A stretch of 64,000 bases of DNA from an uncultured Planctomycetales bacterium. Its GTDB lineage: Bacteria > Omnitrophota > Gorgyraeia > Zapsychrales > CAYRXT01. Under the pieces are notes generated by a model. The model searched no databases. It saw only the letters and a program-made list of their open reading frames with translations, and was not told the DNA's origin. Location: positions 4,151 to 68,150 of the forward strand of contig CAYRXT010000003.1 in assembly GCA_964428315.1 (NCBI GenBank), written 5' to 3'. Position numbers and translations under genes: made by a program. This document shows positions 28,460 to 37,905 of the stretch, in pieces; within the stretch, counting starts at the first letter, position 1; the number at the start of each line of letters is the position of its first letter.

Positions 28460-29709
28460 GGGATAATCTCCAAAACGGGAATAGGAACCACAAACTGCGC
28501 CTTCCACTCTCTTATATAATGCAGCTGATCCATGATTTCCTCTTTGATGTTCCACGGCAAAATAAATATGTAGTCAGGTTTTTCCGCGATTATTTCATCG
28601 GGAGAAACAATGGGAATATGACTTCCCGGCATGTATCGTCCCTGCTTATACGGATTGCGGTCGGCTATAAAAACAATGTCTCGTGCACTGACTTGGCAGT
28701 AGTTAAGCAGGGTGTTACCTTTCGCCGCCGCGCCGTAACCGGCTATGGTCTTCCTTTGCTGCCCAGCCCATCTCAAAAATGAAACAACTTCATTTTTCAC
28801 GCGGCATACTTCTTTTTGAAAATGCTGGTAATAATCCAGGGTTTGCATGCCGGCCTCTTCTTCTTTGCGCAATAATACAGACACGTATGGGCGAACCGGA
28901 TGAACACCCCTCCCTTCATGCTGGACAAATACCCTCAGAGATCCGCCATGTGTAGGGATCTCCTCAACATCAAAAACCTCAAGACGATGTTTCTCAAAGG
29001 CCTCTTTAACCGTAAAGAAAGAAAAATAAGAAAAGTGCTCATGATAAATGGTATCAAACTGCACTTGCTCTACCAGCCGGAACAAATGAGGGAATTCCAT
29101 GGTGATAATGCCGGAATCCTTCAACAGAATCCTCATTCCTTCGAGAAAATTATTTAGTTCGGGAACATGAGCCAAGACATTATTTCCGATAATCAAGTCC
29201 GCCTTTTTATTTTTCTGTACAAGCTTTTCAGCCAGACTAACGCCGAAAAACTCAATCTCAGTCGGTATACCTTTTTCCCTCGCGCAGAGGGCCACGTTGG
29301 CAGCCGGTTCAATTCCAAGCACTTCAAATACTTTGCGGTTGAAAAACTGTAACAGATATCCGTCATTGCTGGCAACCTCAATAACACGACTCCCAGGTAA
29401 GAATGAAAACCGCCGTGTGACATCTTCCACGTAAGAGCGAATATGTTCCAGCCAATATTGCGAGTAGGACGAGAAATAGGCGTAGTCGGAAAATATTTTA
29501 TCCGGAGCCTGAAAAACCGGAAGTTGAGCCAAAAAACATTTTTCGCAAAGAAATACATCTAACGGATAGACGGCCTCTGTCGAACAAACGTCCGAATCTT
29601 TCAAAAAGGCGTTCGACAAAGGCATCTTTCCCAGCCTGACGAAATAAGTCTCTACGCGTGATCCGCATAACCGACAATGCGGCATTTCAATATTGACACA
29701 GTCTTTCAT
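28456..29709 (-). CDS. NDP-hexose 3-C-methyltransferase
   Basis: CRLCG...CEKC Zn site, EVASNDGYLL, NNVLAHVP, FDTIYHEH, THGGSLR and GYGAAAKGNTLLN motifs. Confidence 0.92.
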   Translation of the reverse strand: MKDCVNIEMPHCRLCGSRVETYFVRLGKMPLSNAFLKDSDVCSTEAVYPLDVFLCEKCFLAQLPVFQAPDKIFSDYAYFSSYSQYWLEHIRSYVEDVTRRFSFLPGSRVIEVASNDGYLLQFFNRKVFEVLGIEPAANVALCAREKGIPTEIEFFGVSLAEKLVQKNKKADLIIGNNVLAHVPELNNFLEGMRILLKDSGIITMEFPHLFRLVEQVQFDTIYHEHFSYFSFFTVKEAFEKHRLEVFDVEEIPTHGGSLRVFVQHEGRGVHPVRPYVSVLLRKEEEAGMQTLDYYQHFQKEVCRVKNEVVSFLRWAGQQRKTIAGYGAAAKGNTLLNYCQVSARDIVFIADRNPYKQGRYMPGSHIPIVSPDEIIAEKPDYIFILPWNIKEEIMDQLHYIREWKAQFVVPIPVLEIIP

Positions 29710-30772
29710 AATCGTTTATTTGCCTATAGATCAAACCAAGAACATCTTCCCCGGCGTAAAATGCCTTGTACAATTCAATGGTCTTTTGCAAAGCTGTCTC
29801 GACAGACCAGCGTGCGCGGACTGCAAGATTTTTTTCAGCCTTTGAGCAGTCTAAACCAAGAAAACCGGCTTCATGCGGTTTTTCTCCGCTTTCAAATTCC
29901 CAAGATGCCTCGCTGCCCCAAAGTTCGACAACGCGCTCAACAATCCATCGCACCTGTTTTAGTTCTGATTTTCCTGGTCCAAAGTTCCAAGCACCGCAAG
30001 ATTTCTGAAAACGGTTATATAAAACCATACCCAATTTCAGATAGCCATAAAGCGGTTCCACGACATGCTGCCACGGACGCACCGCATCGGGATAACGGAT
30101 TCTCACCGGCCGGCCGTTCGTCAAAGCCCGTATGCAATCGGGCAAAAGCCGCTCTTTCGCCCAATCGCAACCGCCGATCACATTGCCCGCCCTGGCTGAG
30201 GCCAAAAATATTTTCTTATCTGGAGAATGCCAATAAGATCGGTTATAGGCTTGAACAACAAACTCCGCCGAGGCCTTCGAATTACTGTAAGGATCATGAC
30301 CGCCGAGGCGGTCATCCTCCACGAAGAATTGTTCTCCTTCTTTTTGTTCATAGCATTTATCGCTAGTTAAAACGACAATGGCCCTCACCGAACCTATGCC
30401 GCGACATGCCTCCAAGACATGGGCCGTTCCCATCACATTTGTCGAAAATGTTTCAACCGGAGAAAGATAGGATTCCCGGACCAAAGACTGTGCCGCGGCA
30501 TGAAAAACCATCTCCGGCCTTTCTTCGGAAACGAATTTGCATACAGCCGAAAAATCGCGGATATCACCGGTCTTTGAACTCATTTTCCCCTCCAAACCGG
30601 CCGCCTTGAATAGACTGGGTTCTGTCGGGGGAGGTAGGGCATATCCAATGACTTTGGCTCCCATGCGTTGCAACCATAAACTTAACCATGCCCCTTTGAA
30701 ACCTGTATGGCCTGTAACGATGACTTTTTTATTCTTGTAAAAAGAATGCAATTTCACTCCCAAATTTTCCAT
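29687..30772 (-). CDS. rfbG: CDP-glucose 4,6-dehydratase
   Basis: TGHTGFKGAWL, AQSLVRESY, TSDKCY, DPYSNSK, RAGNVIGG and RPWQHV motifs. Confidence 0.95.
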   Translation of the reverse strand: MENLGVKLHSFYKNKKVIVTGHTGFKGAWLSLWLQRMGAKVIGYALPPPTEPSLFKAAGLEGKMSSKTGDIRDFSAVCKFVSEERPEMVFHAAAQSLVRESYLSPVETFSTNVMGTAHVLEACRGIGSVRAIVVLTSDKCYEQKEGEQFFVEDDRLGGHDPYSNSKASAEFVVQAYNRSYWHSPDKKIFLASARAGNVIGGCDWAKERLLPDCIRALTNGRPVRIRYPDAVRPWQHVVEPLYGYLKLGMVLYNRFQKSCGAWNFGPGKSELKQVRWIVERVVELWGSEASWEFESGEKPHEAGFLGLDCSKAEKNLAVRARWSVETALQKTIELYKAFYAGEDVLGLIYRQINDYERLCQY

Positions 30773-31533
30773 CTGGCTTCACCCTGATTCCATAAACGGT
30801 TGAGATATTCCATGTCGCGCAAGGTGTCCATGCATGACCAAAATCCTTTATGGATGTAGGCCATTAACTGTCTTTGCTTAGCGACCTCTTCCAGGGCTCC
30901 AATCTCCAGATCGCATGAATCTTCATCTTTCAAAAAATTAAATATTTCCCGGCTAAACACAAAAAACCCGCCGTTAATTAAACCATTGCCTTCTTTCGGT
31001 TTTTCCGAAAAACTCAAGACCTCTTGATTCTTCGTTTTAAGTTCACCAAAACGCGATGCCGGGTTAATGCCTGTCAAGGTCGCAACTTTTCCGTGCGATC
31101 GATGGAAGGCCAACAACTCCGGAATATTAACATCTGCGACTCCGTCGCCATAGGTCATCAAGAAGACATCGTCAGAGATATATTTTTTCACCCGATACAA
31201 ACGCGCGCCTTTTAAGGCCCCCTTTCCGGTATCAACGAGTGTGACCCTCCACCCCGCCTGGCGATGCTTGCTGTGGATCTGAATTCTCTTCTTTGATCCC
31301 AGTTCAATTGAAAAATCATTGTTGATCAATTCATAATTATAAAAATACTCTTTGATTATTTCACCCTTATATCCCAAACATAGAATAAAATCCTTGTAAT
31401 CGTAATGGGCGAAGAGATTCATGATATGGTTAAGAATAGGCTTGCCTCCGATTTCCAACATCGGCTTGGGACGAAACTCTGTTTCCTCCCTTAACCGGCT
31501 CCCCAATCCTCCGCATAGAATCACAACTTTCAT
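30754..31533 (-). CDS. rfbF: Glucose-1-phosphate cytidylyltransferase
   Basis: ILCGGLGSRLREET, PKPM.EIG, TYGDG, INGGFFV and CMDTLRD motifs. Confidence 0.95.
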   Translation of the reverse strand: MKVVILCGGLGSRLREETEFRPKPMLEIGGKPILNHIMNLFAHYDYKDFILCLGYKGEIIKEYFYNYELINNDFSIELGSKKRIQIHSKHRQAGWRVTLVDTGKGALKGARLYRVKKYISDDVFLMTYGDGVADVNIPELLAFHRSHGKVATLTGINPASRFGELKTKNQEVLSFSEKPKEGNGLINGGFFVFSREIFNFLKDEDSCDLEIGALEEVAKQRQLMAYIHKGFWSCMDTLRDMEYLNRLWNQGEARWKIWE

Positions 31534-31597
31534 TCTTTCCTCCCAATTAGGCAGTAAATCGAAACTTCGCTGCGCGGTTTGTACTTATAATGGCCCA

Positions 31598-33190
31598 TCA
31601 ACCTCTCCATTTACTGTCCCCCCTAGAATGACCGTACGCCATAGAATTCCTTCTACCGGGCAAACATGTCAATCGGCTGAAATTATTTTTGCCGACGTCC
31701 TCCACGTACTGTAAAAACTGGTTCTGTATGAGGGTTTTCTGTTGATGATAGGCCGCTAAAATCCGCCCGGGATAGACGGCTTTTAACTGCTCATTGTCCC
31801 TGGATTCGGCGAACGTCAAGGCCGGTCCCGCAGCAAAGGGCACGGTGGTATATTTCAGCATGTACAGATAACAAAACTTGGCCCGCAACCGCTGTTCGGT
31901 GCTCAGCCTGCGAGGAATAAACCCTTTCAAGACGGAAAAGTATTCTTCTTTGGTCCGGGGCTCTATGTTGAATCCGAGCCCGCTGAACGACGCCTCTCCC
32001 GCCAGAAGCGCGGGGATCCCCCGCAGGGCAGGCATCTCGACCCCCGGAGAGCCCAGGCAGGTCACGATCATGTCGGCCACATTCAAAACGGTCAAGGGCG
32101 TGATATCACTGTCACACGGCGCATAACGGACATGTCCCGGAGCCGTGCTCATGATTTGATTCATGTCAATGTCATGCGCAGGGTAATAAACATTGGCGGG
32201 ATGCTCCTTGAAAATCCAGTTCTTCGAAGTGTCTTTCACAGCAAACTCCAAGGTCTGCCTGAACCAGTCATAATAATCCCGGAAAATCATCCATTCAAAA
32301 TGTGAGTGGGGAAAATCGTTAAAACAATGGAGCATGACAAAGACAATCGGCCGGTGTTCCATTCCCATTTTTTTGAAAAACTCTTCTCGATTTTGTTGCT
32401 CGGGAATCTCATTATCCTCCTCCACCGGAAAGGCCCCCAGGAAGGGATTATTGGCCTGGCATATCATGTCCCGGAACTCTTCTTCTATTGTCCGGCTGAA
32501 ATTATTGACAGCGTGCTCCATTTCCTCAAAAGAGGGCTTCAAAGGATACTTGTAAACGTCCGGAAGGCCTTTGAATAACGATAGACAAATGATTCCATGG
32601 CCTCCTCCTTTCCAGTAAGCAGGGATGTTGTTCTGCAAGGCCACGCGCACAAGGGCCCCTTTATTGACCCCGACGTAGTGGGCCGTCAGGATGGCCTTGA
32701 TGTTCTCCGTTTTCAGCAGTCTTCTCGCCTGGAAGTCGCGGAAAAGCAGAGAATAGAATACAACGACCAACCGCGGATCGAAGCGGTGCAGTGTCGCGTA
32801 ACAGTAACGCGCCAGGTATCCGTCGTAAACACAATCCCCGTAAACAATCCCTTTATACCGGAAACTCAGAATCCGGTCGGAGAATACCGCGTAAGCCAAA
32901 TAAAAATAAAGCGCCCGCGAGAGAAACCCGAAAACCAGCCAAAGAGAGGGGCGCTCCCGGCGGATGAAAAGCGAGTTTCGTGAATAACTCCGCATCAGGG
33001 CCTCATCCGTGAAGTCTTCTTTCAGCCAGCCGATACGGTAATGTTTCGCGCGGGCCACAATCTTTGCCGCCACCGCGTTTGAATGGTTTATCAACACATT
33101 ATCCGAGGTCTCGACCAGAAGAACGGCGTCCTTTCCTGATTCGGGATAAGAGGCCCAAAATCGTCTGTTAGCGTCAATAAACTCAGTCAT
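31598..33190 (-). CDS. Capsule-biosynthesis (KpsS-like) protein, putative ulosonic-acid glycosyltransferase
   Basis: C-terminal VFVMLHCFNDFPH, WIFKEHP and GSPGVE motifs. Paralogue of 39276-41027. Start uncertain (33190 or 33265). Confidence 0.6.
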   Translation of the reverse strand: MTEFIDANRRFWASYPESGKDAVLLVETSDNVLINHSNAVAAKIVARAKHYRIGWLKEDFTDEALMRSYSRNSLFIRRERPSLWLVFGFLSRALYFYLAYAVFSDRILSFRYKGIVYGDCVYDGYLARYCYATLHRFDPRLVVVFYSLLFRDFQARRLLKTENIKAILTAHYVGVNKGALVRVALQNNIPAYWKGGGHGIICLSLFKGLPDVYKYPLKPSFEEMEHAVNNFSRTIEEEFRDMICQANNPFLGAFPVEEDNEIPEQQNREEFFKKMGMEHRPIVFVMLHCFNDFPHSHFEWMIFRDYYDWFRQTLEFAVKDTSKNWIFKEHPANVYYPAHDIDMNQIMSTAPGHVRYAPCDSDITPLTVLNVADMIVTCLGSPGVEMPALRGIPALLAGEASFSGLGFNIEPRTKEEYFSVLKGFIPRRLSTEQRLRAKFCYLYMLKYTTVPFAAGPALTFAESRDNEQLKAVYPGRILAAYHQQKTLIQNQFLQYVEDVGKNNFSRLTCLPGRRNSMAYGHSRGDSKWRG

Positions 33191-33234
33191 CTCATTGTGC
33201 GCCTTGAACGGACGACCTCCGGCCCCGTTCCGCC

Positions 33235-34140
33235 TTACATCTGGTCGTGTTGCGGTCTCAGCCATATTCCCTCTTCTGCATCTGTGCGCTCAAAGGTTTC
33301 CGGATCATACCGGCCGCGGCGCATCCGGCGCTGTTTGAGGCGTTCGCTGGGAGAAGGCGTCTTCTCTCCTGAACCCAGGGCTCCTTCAAGCGACCGGATT
33401 GTCCCGACCATCGAGCGGAACTCTTCCATGGTCATGGAGAAACCGTGATCCGGCCCCGGACCGCCCCTCTCGAAGGTGACATGCTTTTCGATGCAAGTCC
33501 CGCCCAAGGCGACCGCCGAGACGGGGACAAGATCCCCCGGCGTATGGTCCGAGATTCCGACCGGCAGGCCAAAAGTCTCTTTGAGCGTCAGCACGGCCCG
33601 CAGGTTCATCTCGTCAAACTTCGGCGGATACTGGCTGACGCAATGCAGAAGCGTAATATCTCCGGCGCCGGCCTCACGCAGCGTATCGAGAGCGTTCCGT
33701 ATGTCGTCCAGGCCGCTCGCGCCGGTCGACAGGATCACCTTTTTCTGTGTCCTTCCGACCGCCTCCAGGAGCGGCGAAAACGTGATATCACCCGCCGCGA
33801 TCTTGTAGGTTTTGACCCCCACCCGCTCCAGCAGGTCCACGGCCTTCAGAAAAAAAGGCGTCGAGATGAATTCGATGCCCGTCTGGTCGGCCGTCTTCTT
33901 CAGTTCGAAATGCCACTCCTCAGGCAGTTCGAGGCTGGAAAACTGACTGTACACCGGGTTACGCTTCCTTTCCCCGCCTTCCCAGACGAACGGCGCCACA
34001 AGTTTTTCCTTTTTCAGCGTCTGAAACTTGACCGCATCAGCCCCGGCCTCCTTGGCCGCGACGACATAAGCCTTTGCCTTTGAAAGATCGCCGTCATAAT
34101 TCGATCCCACCTCCGCAATGATCCGGACATGCTGTTTCAC
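33235..34140 (-). CDS. N-acetylneuraminate synthase family (NeuB/PseI-like)
   Basis: IIAEVGSN, GADAVKFQT, STPF, LHCVSQYP, GISDHT, IEKHVT and GPDH motifs. Confidence 0.92.
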   Translation of the reverse strand: MKQHVRIIAEVGSNYDGDLSKAKAYVVAAKEAGADAVKFQTLKKEKLVAPFVWEGGERKRNPVYSQFSSLELPEEWHFELKKTADQTGIEFISTPFFLKAVDLLERVGVKTYKIAAGDITFSPLLEAVGRTQKKVILSTGASGLDDIRNALDTLREAGAGDITLLHCVSQYPPKFDEMNLRAVLTLKETFGLPVGISDHTPGDLVPVSAVALGGTCIEKHVTFERGGPGPDHGFSMTMEEFRSMVGTIRSLEGALGSGEKTPSPSERLKQRRMRRGRYDPETFERTDAEEGIWLRPQHDQM

Positions 34141-35189
34141 TGTTTGACTCCGCTTAGCGTCCCGATAAGGAGATCGCTCACACAGCCGGTTCCGTTCCCG
34201 TCGACCAATTGCCTCCCTCTCGCCGACATGGCCCGCCTGCGCTGTCCGTTATTCAGCAGGGACTTAACGGTGCGGACAATCTTCCGGCCGTCCAGCTGTT
34301 CGACGGCTCCAAGATAGACGGCGGTACCCATAGCGTGCCAGGCCTCGCAATTCGGTTTCTGATTGCCGGCGATTTGAATGATACAGGCGGGAACACCCAG
34401 GGCCGCGGCCTCGAACGACGTTATTCCCCCGGCGATCAAGGCCAGATCCGCGTCCGCCATGCATTCGGCCACGTCCGGCGTATCGATAAGAATCCGAACC
34501 CTCAATTCCGGATGCCTTTTCACCCATAACTCGACGGCTTCCCTTCCGGGATTGAGAGAACTCAAAAGGACAACGTATTCCATGCGGGTTTCCAGGGAAC
34601 TGAGGGCCTCTAAACATAAAAGGGCGGCTCCCCGGTCATCACCTCCTCCGAAGGTCAGAAGAATGCGTTCCGGCTTCCGCCGGCATGCGTACCGTGTCCT
34701 GGCCGCGGCGAATTCCGGACGAAGGAGGGCGTATTGCGGACCGACCAGCAACCGCGTTTCCCTTCTTCGCAGATACGGCCGGTAATCCTGTTCACTGAAT
34801 ACGGGACTGGCGTTGAAGACCCAGTCAGCCCAAAGGTCCTTGTGGGGTCTTCCGTCGAACTGCAGCCATCTCACCCCGGCCGAAAGAAGTTCCATTTGAT
34901 AGTCCGCGTCCGTGCGGTAATGGTCGACAACGGCCGCATCGATGTCCCATGTCCGAAAAAGCCCGGCCAGCCTTTGCGCATCTTCGAAAGGGTCTGTCCG
35001 CCAATCCATATGTTCCCACTGCCGCACGGTTTCGGCAAGGAGGCCTTCCAGCGCCATGTCCTCATCGCGGCACAAAAAGAATATCCCGGCGCCGTTGCGC
35101 CGGAGTTCACCGGCGAGCGCGAGACAGCGCCGCAAATGTCCTGTGCCCAGGGATGGAGAAACATCACAACGGAAAAGGAATCGTTTCAT
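34137..35189 (-). CDS. pseG: UDP-2,4-diacetamido-2,4,6-trideoxy-beta-L-altropyranose hydrolase
   Basis: FRCD...GTGHLRRCLALA, VDHY, GPQYALLRPEF, TFGGGD and AGGITSFE motifs. Confidence 0.85.
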   Translation of the reverse strand: MKRFLFRCDVSPSLGTGHLRRCLALAGELRRNGAGIFFLCRDEDMALEGLLAETVRQWEHMDWRTDPFEDAQRLAGLFRTWDIDAAVVDHYRTDADYQMELLSAGVRWLQFDGRPHKDLWADWVFNASPVFSEQDYRPYLRRRETRLLVGPQYALLRPEFAAARTRYACRRKPERILLTFGGGDDRGAALLCLEALSSLETRMEYVVLLSSLNPGREAVELWVKRHPELRVRILIDTPDVAECMADADLALIAGGITSFEAAALGVPACIIQIAGNQKPNCEAWHAMGTAVYLGAVEQLDGRKIVRTVKSLLNNGQRRRAMSARGRQLVDGNGTGCVSDLLIGTLSGVKQ

Positions 35190-36088
35190 TCCATTCTTTC
35201 TTTTTTCAGGAATTTCATCATGTTCATCTGATGATCAATAGCGAAATGACCTGATACCTTTTTGTTTTGGGGGACATCTTTTATAACAATACTACCCGCC
35301 ATGACCATTGCCCCCTTTCCGACGGTTACATATTCACGAATAACCGCGGAACTCCCAATCCAAGCCGCATCTCCGATGACGGCCTTGCGTGCCAAGACAC
35401 AATTATTGGAAATAACGCAGTTTTTGCCGATCTGCACTTCATGCCCAATACTTGACCTAATGCCAATGAGAGAATGATCTCCGATTGACGTTAAGAGTGT
35501 CGGATGAATCGAACGGGCGATAACGGCCTGGCTGAGAATTGTCACGTTACGCCCCACATGCACCCCTCCTCCATGTCGCACAGGATAAATGTCCCCATCC
35601 TCCTTCAGATAGAGCAATCCGTCTGTTCCGACAACCGCCCCCGCGTCAATTCTGGCATTATCACCGATGACGACCTCATCTTTGATGACGACATTCGCCT
35701 CAATCGTAACATTATTTCCGATCTTAGACTTCTTGGACAGGATAGCCGAAGGATGTATACAACAATTTTTCCCAACCCCATAAATAATATCTGACGGCAT
35801 GAGGTTATGACTCAGCAATTGATGATGGATGCGATAGAAACAGTTTCTTGGGTATTCGGCAACAACAACACCTTTTTTCGGGGCAACATCCTTAGAAAGA
35901 CTTTTTGTCGTCACAACACAACTGACCCGATCATTCTTGTTTGCCGCTTTAACATAAAAAATAGTGTCACAATAAACCAAGGTGCCGGCACAGGAAGTCT
36001 GCACATGCCCCAATGTCATAAACTGACCATCGCGGACGATTTCGGCTTTTGAAAAAAAATCTGATAACCGCATTTTTCTTGCCTTCAA
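35186..36088 (-). CDS. LpxD-like hexapeptide-repeat N-acyltransferase
   Basis: LpxD-type N-terminal domain (PRNCF), IHPSA, left-handed beta-helix repeats, VGTDG, HGGGV and IGHEV. Confidence 0.85.
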   Translation of the reverse strand: MKARKMRLSDFFSKAEIVRDGQFMTLGHVQTSCAGTLVYCDTIFYVKAANKNDRVSCVVTTKSLSKDVAPKKGVVVAEYPRNCFYRIHHQLLSHNLMPSDIIYGVGKNCCIHPSAILSKKSKIGNNVTIEANVVIKDEVVIGDNARIDAGAVVGTDGLLYLKEDGDIYPVRHGGGVHVGRNVTILSQAVIARSIHPTLLTSIGDHSLIGIRSSIGHEVQIGKNCVISNNCVLARKAVIGDAAWIGSSAVIREYVTVGKGAMVMAGSIVIKDVPQNKKVSGHFAIDHQMNMMKFLKKERME

Positions 36089-36342
36089 GTCGATGTCTTC
36101 TTGCCAGCCTCGGCCTTAACATACTCCATGATAGCATTCAATGAATTCAGCCTGTCGATGTCATTTTCGGGAATATCAGACAATCCAAATTTTTCCTGAA
36201 CATTCAAAAATAAAGTCATGACATCCAGAGAATCAATGCCGAGTTCACTTAGCCGGCGCTCCCAGTTCGCCTCATCGGCCAGCATGTCCGTTGATACAAA
36301 CTCTCCGACCATTTCCGCAATCTTTTGTTTAATGTCCTGCAT
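36085..36342 (-). CDS. Acyl carrier protein
   Basis: 85-aa acidic protein with the phosphopantetheine site LGIDSLD. AGGAG upstream. Confidence 0.9.
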   Translation of the reverse strand: MQDIKQKIAEMVGEFVSTDMLADEANWERRLSELGIDSLDVMTLFLNVQEKFGLSDIPENDIDRLNSLNAIMEYVKAEAGKKTST

Positions 36343-36352
36343 AATCCTCTCC

Positions 36353-37279
36353 TTAGTTTTTTCTTGTTAACAGACCGCTTGCCCATGAAAGCCCAACACC
36401 AAAACCGCAGAGAACAACTTTTTCAATGTCATTACGCGATGCGTACTTCTCCAAAACTAACGGGATGGAAGAAGAAATCGTATTCCCGCATTCGCTCATC
36501 AGCAAAGGCACTTTTTCTTCCGGAAGGCTCATACGTTTGCGTAACCGATCGATGATATATTTGCTTCCTTGATGGAAAATAAACAGATCGATTTCATCCA
36601 AGCCCAGCCCTTCTTTTTCCAAGAGGCCCTGCACTTGGAGGGGCACCTCGACGGCCGAAAAATTGAAAATAGCCCGTCCATTCATATAAAGGGACTCTCT
36701 CCGGTTATGTAAAACTCCCGCTTCCTTTCCCCTGCTCGCAAAACGAAAGGTTTTCGGGGCCCATATCCCTTGTCCTTCCCGCAAAAATGTTACGGTCGCG
36801 GCGTCCCCGAATAACAAAGCAGTATTCTTCTCCAACGGATCAACCGTTTTCGAATACGGATCGGCCGTAAAGAGAAGCCCCTTTCTGAAACCGTGCGCCT
36901 CCATAAAGGCCTTAACGATGGATAACGTATACACATATCCCGAACACCCCAGGGAAATATCAAAGCAAGCGCATGTTTCAGGCAAGTCAAGCTTGCCGTG
37001 TACGACCGCTGATGTATGCGGGATGCCGTGGCCATCGGGGTTTTGCGTACAGACTACAAGGCATTCGATATCCATACCAGTATCTGTCGTTGCTCGCAGC
37101 CGCTCAAAGGCCTTCACACACAAATCCGACGTATCCTCTTCAAGGGCCTTCTGTGAAACCGCATGGACACCTAATTTATCCCTTATGAAATTATCGTCGA
37201 TTTCAAAAAGACCCTTGCGGTCAAAATTTGAAATTCTGTGTTCGGGAATATAGCTATTGATCGCGGCGATGATAATCAT
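36353..37279 (-). CDS. 3-oxoacyl-ACP synthase III family (FabH-like)
   Basis: Cys-His-Asn triad in LGCSGY, FHQGS and GNTISSSIP. Also FGDAA and GFGVGLSW. Confidence 0.92.
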   Translation of the reverse strand: MIIIAAINSYIPEHRISNFDRKGLFEIDDNFIRDKLGVHAVSQKALEEDTSDLCVKAFERLRATTDTGMDIECLVVCTQNPDGHGIPHTSAVVHGKLDLPETCACFDISLGCSGYVYTLSIVKAFMEAHGFRKGLLFTADPYSKTVDPLEKNTALLFGDAATVTFLREGQGIWAPKTFRFASRGKEAGVLHNRRESLYMNGRAIFNFSAVEVPLQVQGLLEKEGLGLDEIDLFIFHQGSKYIIDRLRKRMSLPEEKVPLLMSECGNTISSSIPLVLEKYASRNDIEKVVLCGFGVGLSWASGLLTRKN

Positions 37280-37887
37280 TTCAGAACTTGTGAGAAATAG
37301 ATATGCCCGATTATGCCCCCATCGACAATCACCAACGATTTTGTCATCCGGAAAGCGAAATTCTGCGCCAACCTGACCTCGAACTTAGTCTTATCGTCTT
37401 CTCTCAATAACCGGTTCAATTCAAGCCGCGTAAAAAGCCACTTTCCTTTGGCATTCGGAAAAAGCATCAAAAGGAGATGCTTGTTGATGGCGACCAGGAC
37501 CTCTATCGGATGGAAGGGCACCTCTTGGTGAATTTTGATGATCTTATCCTCGACATGTGAAACCTTGACAATATCATCTTCCGGATAGGGATAACGATCA
37601 ACAACGGGCTCGTCTGTCTCAACCAACCAACCCAAAAGGCCCTTTTCTCTGCCGGAAAAAGAGAATTCGGCACTCGGATGGGCGACAGAAGGCAGAGGCT
37701 CGCCGACTTCACCAAAGATAATCCGGCACTGATGACGTATTAATGCGTGCATGGCCATCTTAAATACTCCCGGCGACTGGTTTATTCTTGGCGCGATCAA
37801 CTCGGAAATCTCCTTGTACATGCATGGCCCGTGGACATACTCTCGTTTGCCTTTATAACGAAATTTCAGCATTTGTTCTTCCATCAA
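37276..37887 (-). CDS. Hypothetical protein, possibly hotdog-fold
   Basis: 203-aa ORF coupled to the fabH-like gene. N-terminal YKGKREYVHG and a helix-plus-beta-strand pattern. Confidence 0.6.
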   Translation of the reverse strand: MMEEQMLKFRYKGKREYVHGPCMYKEISELIAPRINQSPGVFKMAMHALIRHQCRIIFGEVGEPLPSVAHPSAEFSFSGREKGLLGWLVETDEPVVDRYPYPEDDIVKVSHVEDKIIKIHQEVPFHPIEVLVAINKHLLLMLFPNAKGKWLFTRLELNRLLREDDKTKFEVRLAQNFAFRMTKSLVIVDGGIIGHIYFSQVLK

Positions 37888-37905
37888 AACCTCCAGATTT
37901 TTGGT

